Of a stretch of DNA of 64,000 bases, positions 57,948-64,000 are shown piece by piece. The stretch lies in IMG/VR virus record IMGVR_UViG_3300020337_000002, one strand, 5' to 3'. The notes under the pieces were generated by a model. It made no database searches and was not told the origin of the DNA. It saw nothing but the letters and a program-made list of their open reading frames with translations. Numbering within the stretch: position 1 is the first letter of the stretch; every line of letters starts with the position of its first letter. This DNA is from an uncultured virus (IMG/VR IMGVR_UViG_3300020337_000002). Taxonomy: Duplodnaviria > Heunggongvirae > Uroviricota > Caudoviricetes. The position numbers and the translations under genes are program-made.

Positions 57948-58868
57948 CTACTTTTTCATTAAGTTAAAAACATTATACGCCCATAACCTATGGTTCGATG
58001 CAGAAGGGTGCGGTTTATGATCGTTGCTTTCTTCTAAAAACTTATTAGATGCTTCAATTAAGTCTAGTTGTTGGTTTAAGTATTTTGCCTTGCTTTTCAT
58101 CATTTTATGTTGTTTTAAAAAACCATCTATCCATCCTGCAACATAAAGGTCAGGACTTTCTATTTTGTGTCCATTAATTCTAGCACTAAACTCCATCCAA
58201 GTTTCTTGTAATGTTTTAAAACTATAATCTTTATTGGTTTGAAATTTACAAAAGTTTTTCCAAACAGTGGTCTTTAGATTATTATACTTTGCAATATCAT
58301 TCTCCAACTGTTTAAGAAGTATTGCTTCGTTTTTTACACACCATTCCTTAACACTAACACCCTTTAGCCATTCTGGATTATATAACTTAGACATAGGATG
58401 ACCTTTTAATTCGTTAACAATTACATCTTCTCTGCTTGGTTCTGTCATTTGTACCAACAAATACACAGTATCATATAACGGATATACTGTAGATAATATT
58501 CTTTTAACTGAATTAAACATTGTGAAATTGTTGTTTCCTGGAACTGCATATTGATAGTAATCTGTATCTAATAATGTAGCAACCTGTGTACCCCAACAAT
58601 GAGTTAATTGTGTTTCTAAATCAAACTTACCGTGGGCGGCCAGTATACGGTCGTTAAGACTTTCACCATATGTCCAGCTTTCACCTATTACTACTGTACA
58701 TTCTTTCTTATTACGTTTGACCCAGAACTCAGTATTCTGAGTTGACTGATTAATGTGTGGAGGCTTGATGTTATTATCGTTCTTTAGTATTTTCTTACAA
58801 CCATTGAACAAACCATCTTTGTAAGGGTGCCAAGGTGTGTGTTCATACCATTTAGGCTTTATAGTCAT
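57948..58868 (-). CDS. SGNH-hydrolase-like protein
   Basis: IGESWTYG, PG.NN, TEPSR, HP. Confidence 0.6.
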   Translation of the reverse strand: MTIKPKWYEHTPWHPYKDGLFNGCKKILKNDNNIKPPHINQSTQNTEFWVKRNKKECTVVIGESWTYGESLNDRILAAHGKFDLETQLTHCWGTQVATLLDTDYYQYAVPGNNNFTMFNSVKRILSTVYPLYDTVYLLVQMTEPSREDVIVNELKGHPMSKLYNPEWLKGVSVKEWCVKNEAILLKQLENDIAKYNNLKTTVWKNFCKFQTNKDYSFKTLQETWMEFSARINGHKIESPDLYVAGWIDGFLKQHKMMKSKAKYLNQQLDLIEASNKFLEESNDHKPHPSASNHRLWAYNVFNLMKK

Positions 58869-60228
58869 TGTAAAACTTTTCTAGTTCAGGAAACGTTTCA
58901 ACTAAATTACAATCTCTGCGTTTGTCGTGTTCAGTAAACCAACGATGAAAATCTCTACGTGCAATATCCTTTTGTGCAGGATCCATTTTTGTTGTACGCA
59001 TATATTCTACCACACGTCTAAACTTTTCAACTTCTAGTGAACTAAATTTAGTTCTGTCTCTGTCGTCTTGATAGTCGTGCATAAATTGTAAGTGTTTTTC
59101 CATGTAAGGCATAAACTCTTTTTTAGGTAATATGTTCATATCATACATATGAGGTTCTTTCAAATGCGGAGTATCAAATTGTACTTTCTGCCATCTTACT
59201 TGCGGTTCAACTATTCCATTATACTTGTAACGCCATTCTAATATCTTTTCTAACAACGAATCAAATCCTGTTACACTAAAAATATTAAATGTAATCATAA
59301 AGATTACAGAGAAAGGTGTATTACTTAAAAAGTAGTCTAAGTTCTTTTCCCATACTTTTAAATCTAAACCAGTACGAATATACTCTGCTTTAGGTCCCCA
59401 ATTATCTATACTTGTATATAATTTAAAACTCTTAATACAATTTTTTTCTTTTAATCTTAATACTGTTTCAGTTAGCTTTTCAACTAGCTTAGGCTTGACA
59501 CCCATATTGCTGTTTACTTCTATTTGTATATTAGGCTTTGGATCTGCTTCTAGTTTATCAAACAGGTCCCATAAACTTTTGTGCATAAGAGGTTCGCCAC
59601 CTGTAATACGTAAGATGTTTAATGTTTTACTTACTTCGGGCCACCATTCCCACCATGCTTTTACATAAGGATTTTCTTCTTCTTTCTTATATACTTTGAA
59701 CCAGTCAATGTCTTGTCTATGTTTAGTAGACATACTGTATGGACCATGCTGTTTTATTTCATTCCAATATCTACTAGATGCTTTAGGGTGACAGTAACCG
59801 CACTTAAAATTACATTCATTACTAAAACTTATTTCTATGTACTCAGGATTTACGTTTAAATCCGCCCCATTTTGTTTTATTTCCGCTAGTCTTTCTTCAT
59901 TATAAATGCTTGTTGTTTTAATATGTCTATCACTTACAAAGTCTTTACCCATAGCTTCAATCTTCCAACAGTAACTACAACCATCTGGCTTTTCACCACA
60001 TAGCATTTTCTTACGTTGGTCTTTCTTTTCTATGGTATTGTGTAACGCACTAGGATTATCTTTTAGTTCTTCTAATGGTATAGGGTGCGGAGCAGGGTGA
60101 TAACAACTATGTGTTTCTCCTGTCGCTAGATATATTGTAGTATGATGCCATTTGGCCAAGCAGAACGTAGGAGACGTTTGCTCCTCGATCTTTGGCATTA
60201 GTTCTTTAATTTTTTCTAGTTCGCTCAT
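58852..60228 (-). CDS. Radical SAM protein with N-terminal twitch-like domain
   Basis: FCLAKW...SCYH...CSYCW..E...SDR; CNFKCGYC, TGGEP, NSN, SID. Confidence 0.9.
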   Translation of the reverse strand: MSELEKIKELMPKIEEQTSPTFCLAKWHHTTIYLATGETHSCYHPAPHPIPLEELKDNPSALHNTIEKKDQRKKMLCGEKPDGCSYCWKIEAMGKDFVSDRHIKTTSIYNEERLAEIKQNGADLNVNPEYIEISFSNECNFKCGYCHPKASSRYWNEIKQHGPYSMSTKHRQDIDWFKVYKKEEENPYVKAWWEWWPEVSKTLNILRITGGEPLMHKSLWDLFDKLEADPKPNIQIEVNSNMGVKPKLVEKLTETVLRLKEKNCIKSFKLYTSIDNWGPKAEYIRTGLDLKVWEKNLDYFLSNTPFSVIFMITFNIFSVTGFDSLLEKILEWRYKYNGIVEPQVRWQKVQFDTPHLKEPHMYDMNILPKKEFMPYMEKHLQFMHDYQDDRDRTKFSSLEVEKFRRVVEYMRTTKMDPAQKDIARRDFHRWFTEHDKRRDCNLVETFPELEKFYNDYKA

Positions 60229-61106
60229 CTACCTAATACACGGTCTGAATTAACATAAACCGTTTTAAAAAATTTACTTTGTTCCTTGTCTAGTGCAACT
60301 TTACTTATAGGCAATCCTTGCTCTTGCAATACTTCTCCATACTCAGCAATCATTTGTTCTACATCAAGATCTTTGATTTCTGCCCAATATTCATTAAGCC
60401 ATTTAAAATCTCTTGTTACAGAATGATCCCAATCGGTTGCTAGTATCTTCTGACAACCATCTCTCGCTCCCATAATAGCATATAATCCATTGTCAACATC
60501 AGCACCCACGTTCATCCATATAAGCAATCTATGATAGTTTTGCCACCAAGTGTTGTTTGCAAGGTCGTGTACCTTTGCACCTCTGTTCAATGACATCTTA
60601 ACACCTTCTCTAAATCCTGCTCTCCAGGCTTGATGTGGTGTTGAACTAATAATACTTGTTGAAAAGTTTTGATTAAGCTGATAGTAATTATCAAAGTAAC
60701 AAAATTCTATTTGTGTATCATCTGACCCATCTGTGTTTTCGTGTGTTTTCATATTAGCAACAAAGTCTTTGGTCCACATCTTTAAACTTCCGTTACCGTA
60801 TTTTAAACCATTGATGTCAATGTTACCACACCAACTAAACTGATAGTCATCATCTACACCTAATTCATCTAGGTCAAGAACTACGTCTAAAAACTTTTGA
60901 TCAATTACTGTATCACCATCTACTGTAACAAAGTGTTTTGTGTCTGATAGTTCTGCACAGGCTTTGTGTGCCGCATCTGACCCATCTACACCATGCACAC
61001 GTTTTGCCCATGGCACTTTGTTAACTAGATCAACATAATTCTTTTCTGCGTTAGGTTCATCATAACTTAAAAATATGATATCCTGTTCTGCAATATTAAT
61101 TTTCAT
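60225..61106 (-). CDS. GT-A glycosyltransferase-like protein (paralogue of 53042)
   Basis: FLSYDEP, GV.GSDAAH, VDGD, YGNG, WRAGFREGVK. Confidence 0.75.
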   Translation of the reverse strand: MKINIAEQDIIFLSYDEPNAEKNYVDLVNKVPWAKRVHGVDGSDAAHKACAELSDTKHFVTVDGDTVIDQKFLDVVLDLDELGVDDDYQFSWCGNIDINGLKYGNGSLKMWTKDFVANMKTHENTDGSDDTQIEFCYFDNYYQLNQNFSTSIISSTPHQAWRAGFREGVKMSLNRGAKVHDLANNTWWQNYHRLLIWMNVGADVDNGLYAIMGARDGCQKILATDWDHSVTRDFKWLNEYWAEIKDLDVEQMIAEYGEVLQEQGLPISKVALDKEQSKFFKTVYVNSDRVLGR

Positions 61107-61737
61107 TCTCTAACCTTAATTGTACTCTGCGTAAATCACTCTTTGGATTACATTCTGGTACACTCTTATGATATTGATAATACATTATTAACATCTGCAT
61201 TTCAGCTTCTTTAACTAGACTATTGTGCATAGGCAAGTATGCTTGATATACATGATCAAGATCTTTTACTGAATACTTTTCCTTAAATGCTGTCCCACAA
61301 CCATAAGGTGAAAGCCTATTATTTCTTACAGTACCCTTAAAGTCAGTTCGTCTTCCTAGCATACAGTTCCTAGTTATTGCTCTGCTTTCTCCAATGTATA
61401 TAATACCTGGTTGTAAAATGTCTGCATTACCTGGAGCACCATTTCTAAACAAGCCATACATATAACAACCAGCATCTTTTTTATCAAAGCCCCAGCTTGT
61501 ATCATATTTTTCATCAACATGATGCCATTTTGTAAATTCAGTAAACTTTGGCATACCTAATTTGTAAGACTGTGTAGTAAGATAGTCTTTACCACCAAGC
61601 TCTAAAACCTTTCTAATTGTGTATGCAAAATCTTCTAAGTTATCTACCTTGTCAAATATCTTAACAAGTTGAGCCTTCTTAAGTCCATGCCCGCCTGAAC
61701 CTTTAACAATATTCTCTGCTAGAATTTGTGATTTCAT
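61096..61737 (-). CDS. GIY-YIG-like nuclease-domain protein
   Basis: GCY...IIYIGES...R...E...P.CN. Confidence 0.45.
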   Translation of the reverse strand: MKSQILAENIVKGSGGHGLKKAQLVKIFDKVDNLEDFAYTIRKVLELGGKDYLTTQSYKLGMPKFTEFTKWHHVDEKYDTSWGFDKKDAGCYMYGLFRNGAPGNADILQPGIIYIGESRAITRNCMLGRRTDFKGTVRNNRLSPYGCGTAFKEKYSVKDLDHVYQAYLPMHNSLVKEAEMQMLIMYYQYHKSVPECNPKSDLRRVQLRLENEN

Positions 61738-62321
61738 TTTATAACCTCATATTTGTAACTATCAAACTTCTTTATAGTATACACTGAAACGGGCTCGTTG
61801 TCAAACTCAAATTTCTCACTAAAGGGTAATACTAGATATTTTCCATTAATTAACTTATCAAAAGAAAACCTAAGTGTTTTATATAATATATTTGGATCAT
61901 CTTTCTTTGTAATACTAAAACTAATTGATGAATTTGTTAAACTAATCTTTTGTGCTAGTATATTCATTTCTAAATCTCCGCCAATAGTAAACTTCCAACA
62001 AGTATCCTTTACATTTTTAGTAATTGTGATATCAGGATTATCAGCTTCTGTTGGTATGTCATATATTAAGTCGTCTACAAAGTAACTGTCTATGTCGTGA
62101 TTACTACGTTGTCTAAGCTCATATGTTTTAGCTCTCTTAAGATAATGAACATAGTAAAAGTTCATACTTTCTCTACCTTCAAGTATACCTTTTACATCAT
62201 CTTCACCTACTGGAATAAAACTACCTTCTGTAGGTTTTTTGTTTGGTAAAGATATTAGTTCTCCTGTGATAGGATCAAATACTGCATATCTTTCAGATGC
62301 TACTGTAATACCTAGCTTCAT
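61734..62321 (-). CDS. Hypothetical protein
   Basis: 195 aa, operon-coupled; FSITKKDDPNIL. Confidence 0.65.
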   Translation of the reverse strand: MKLGITVASERYAVFDPITGELISLPNKKPTEGSFIPVGEDDVKGILEGRESMNFYYVHYLKRAKTYELRQRSNHDIDSYFVDDLIYDIPTEADNPDITITKNVKDTCWKFTIGGDLEMNILAQKISLTNSSISFSITKKDDPNILYKTLRFSFDKLINGKYLVLPFSEKFEFDNEPVSVYTIKKFDSYKYEVIK

Positions 62322-63166
62322 ATATCTAATGCCTTTTCATATTTTTTAATCTTATCATCTGAAAGAAACTCTTTTTCTGTATAGTGAAAGATACCTGACT
62401 GCAAATGATTACCTATCTTAAGTGTTAGGTCATCTGTAAGATATGATCCTACTCTGCTACGCCAAGTTGCACTACCGTTCTTCCACCCTTGTATGTGAGG
62501 TTTCATGTGAGTGAACGTTGGAAACTTAACAAGTTTGTTTGTAATCTTATCTTCACAATCTAATATTTTTGTTACTATAGCTGTGCTTGTATCTACACTT
62601 AAAAACTTTTGATATTGTTCTTTAGCATACTTTCCGTAAAATAGTTGCCAGTTATTCATTACAAGTTCTAGCAACGTATAAAATTCTTTTGCAAAATCAC
62701 ACTTTTTAAAATAATGGAATCCTGCATAAACGTTTGGCAAGTTGTTTGCTACATAGGTTTTTCTATAATGGTTGTCTACAACCTTCTCTCCTCGATATGT
62801 ATAAACATTAGAAGTATAAAATACTTCATAGTTACTTAAAAACTTCCACCATGTGTCTATGTTTTGCAATACTAACATATCAGTATCCAATACTATAGTT
62901 TCATCATACGGACTTGCGTGATATAACTTCCAACGATTGTCTACCTTCCAGGCATTGTCCTTTGCATCATCTGACCAAGGTATAGGTTTAATGATATCAA
63001 ACAATTTTTCATACCTAGATGGCACTTTATCGTTGGTTATTAAACAAATCTTTGCTTCATTAGTAGCTTGTATGCTCATAGCTAACGCACACGCCTGTTG
63101 TACGTAATCGTATTCACTGTTTTGTGCTATTAATACAAATCCTTTGCTATGCACTTTTGCTCCCAA
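62318..63166 (-). CDS. GT-A glycosyltransferase (GT8/mannosyltransferase-like)
   Basis: Y...A..LA.S, SPYDETIVLDTDM, HMK, HY. Confidence 0.8.
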   Translation of the reverse strand: MGAKVHSKGFVLIAQNSEYDYVQQACALAMSIQATNEAKICLITNDKVPSRYEKLFDIIKPIPWSDDAKDNAWKVDNRWKLYHASPYDETIVLDTDMLVLQNIDTWWKFLSNYEVFYTSNVYTYRGEKVVDNHYRKTYVANNLPNVYAGFHYFKKCDFAKEFYTLLELVMNNWQLFYGKYAKEQYQKFLSVDTSTAIVTKILDCEDKITNKLVKFPTFTHMKPHIQGWKNGSATWRSRVGSYLTDDLTLKIGNHLQSGIFHYTEKEFLSDDKIKKYEKALDI

Positions 63167-63335
63167 CTGGTTTACACACGTAATCTATTGTGTCCCATTT
63201 ACCATCTGGTGGTATATCTTTATATCGTTTAAGCATTAAGTTACACTCTTGTTGAGTTTCAAACCATTGTACATCTTGTGTTAAGCAATTACCTTTCAAG
63301 CAGACTGTAAGTAATATGTGCCAGATGATTTCCAC
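63147..63335 (-). CDS. Small Cys-containing exported hypothetical protein
   Basis: Hydrophobic N-terminus; 4 Cys; SD GAGGAG. Confidence 0.55.
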   Translation of the reverse strand: MEIIWHILLTVCLKGNCLTQDVQWFETQQECNLMLKRYKDIPPDGKWDTIDYVCKPVGSKSA

Positions 63336-64000
63336 TACATTTCTCCTCTATCTATGATTCTATTAAGACTAAACTTGTTCATAACATGAACATTACTTCC
63401 TTTAATACGCAATGGCGTATACTCTCCTAGATGATTTTCCTTTTCTAACAAAAATAAAAAGTTATCATCTTTTAAATCCCATAATATATCTCTATCTGCT
63501 GTATAATACTTCTTACCAGGTAGCTTACGAGCAAAATCTCCTGATTGATAACCATTCATTATGTGTATTGCTACACTAAACACATGGTCGTTACGGAAGG
63601 TACCTCTGTTTACTTGAAAGATACTGTTATAGTGATCCCAGTTTTCCTGTATGTGCTTTGTTAGGTCAAAAAATATTTTGTTTTCTTCTGACTTTCTAAA
63701 GAATATAACAGTAGCCCAATAAAAGTCTACACTTGCGTCACTTATCTTTTGAAATTCATCTGTGTTTCTATGTCCTGTTAGGTCTATTGCATTTTTAAAA
63801 ATTAAAAAATCATGATCTTGTTCAAAACAATGTTTGAATAATCTGTTTGCTATAATATAATCACTATCTAATAGTAAAGTTTCATCATACGGTGTTAGCT
63901 CATATGCATTTGTACGCATATCGTTCTTAAACTGTAAATGCTTTGCTACTCCCGACCCATCAAAGTATCTTTTAGTAGTCGAATTGTTTGTGAAAGGCAC
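63335..64000 (-). CDS. GT-A glycosyltransferase (paralogue of 62318), 5' end outside the window
   Basis: TPYDETLLLDSD, WATV.FF.K, RND, HVMNK. Confidence 0.8.
   Translation of the reverse strand: MPFTNNSTTKRYFDGSGVAKHLQFKNDMRTNAYELTPYDETLLLDSDYIIANRLFKHCFEQDHDFLIFKNAIDLTGHRNTDEFQKISDASVDFYWATVIFFRKSEENKIFFDLTKHIQENWDHYNSIFQVNRGTFRNDHVFSVAIHIMNGYQSGDFARKLPGKKYYTADRDILWDLKDDNFLFLLEKENHLGEYTPLRIKGSNVHVMNKFSLNRIIDRGEM

Noticed and set aside
31303..60228. RiPP precursor peptide for the radical SAM/SPASM enzymes
   Set aside because: No leader/core-type short ORF or PqqD/RRE domain was recognised; the 45495 ORF is a Zn ribbon. A RiPP call is unsupported.
943..62085. Many 60-175 aa ORFs antisense to, or nested in, longer genes (e.g. 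943-1371, 6732-7193, 29105-29632, 45654-46052, 50627-51055)
   Set aside because: They lie largely or wholly over motif-bearing genes, have no SD or motifs, and show shadow-frame composition.
1..64000. Stop-codon reassignment
   Set aside because: TAA, TAG and TGA all end genes at coupled junctions, and known enzymes are full length in the standard code.
1..64000. tRNA, rRNA, CRISPR array, IS/transposase, integrase
   Set aside because: Intergenic gaps are mostly under 130 nt and explained by promoters or terminators; I saw no repeat-spacer pattern, cloverleaf or recombinase motifs by eye.
1..64000. Avoidance of GATC, GANTC or GCNGC
   Set aside because: GATC, GAATC/GATTC and GCSGC are readily found; only the GCWGC subset appears missing.

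Overview
This window is a 64 kb segment of a large, AT-rich, T4-like (myovirus-type) dsDNA bacteriophage, probably aquatic; the host cannot be fixed from sequence alone. It is densely coding in the standard genetic code. I found no rRNA, tRNA, CRISPR array or IS element. (1) 1-2.4 kb: modular proteins resembling head-packaged internal proteins. (2) 3.9-28.3 kb, all + strand, under near-consensus sigma70 promoters: replication genes (DsbA-like protein, family B DNA polymerase, 3'-5' exonuclease, probable sliding clamp, RNase H/5'-3' exonuclease), a 7-deazaguanine DNA-modification set (DpdA/TGT-like, QueD-like, FolE, QueE; no QueC seen) interleaved with a glycosyltransferase, phosphoribosyltransferase, MBD4-like glycosylase, HIT and 2OG-Fe(II) oxygenases, then a MoxR ATPase/VWA-metallopeptidase pair. 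(3) 29.9 kb: a tail-fibre-like gene. (4) 31.3-64 kb: a ~33 kb enzyme island with TAAATA late-type promoters, encoding 8 radical SAM proteins, 6 Asp/Asn beta-hydroxylase-like oxygenases, a flavin halogenase-like enzyme, a mini adenylation enzyme plus GNAT, a kinase, two beta-propellers, HemC, a methyltransferase, two nucleotide-sugar dehydrogenases, glycosyltransferases and SGNH-like proteins. Non-coding signals read directly from the DNA include apparent avoidance of GCWGC, twin 8-nt-loop hairpins at the polB ribosome-binding site, a hairpin/pseudoknot candidate in the folE leader, and late promoters positioned to give leaderless mRNAs. All product calls come from motif recognition, not database searches.
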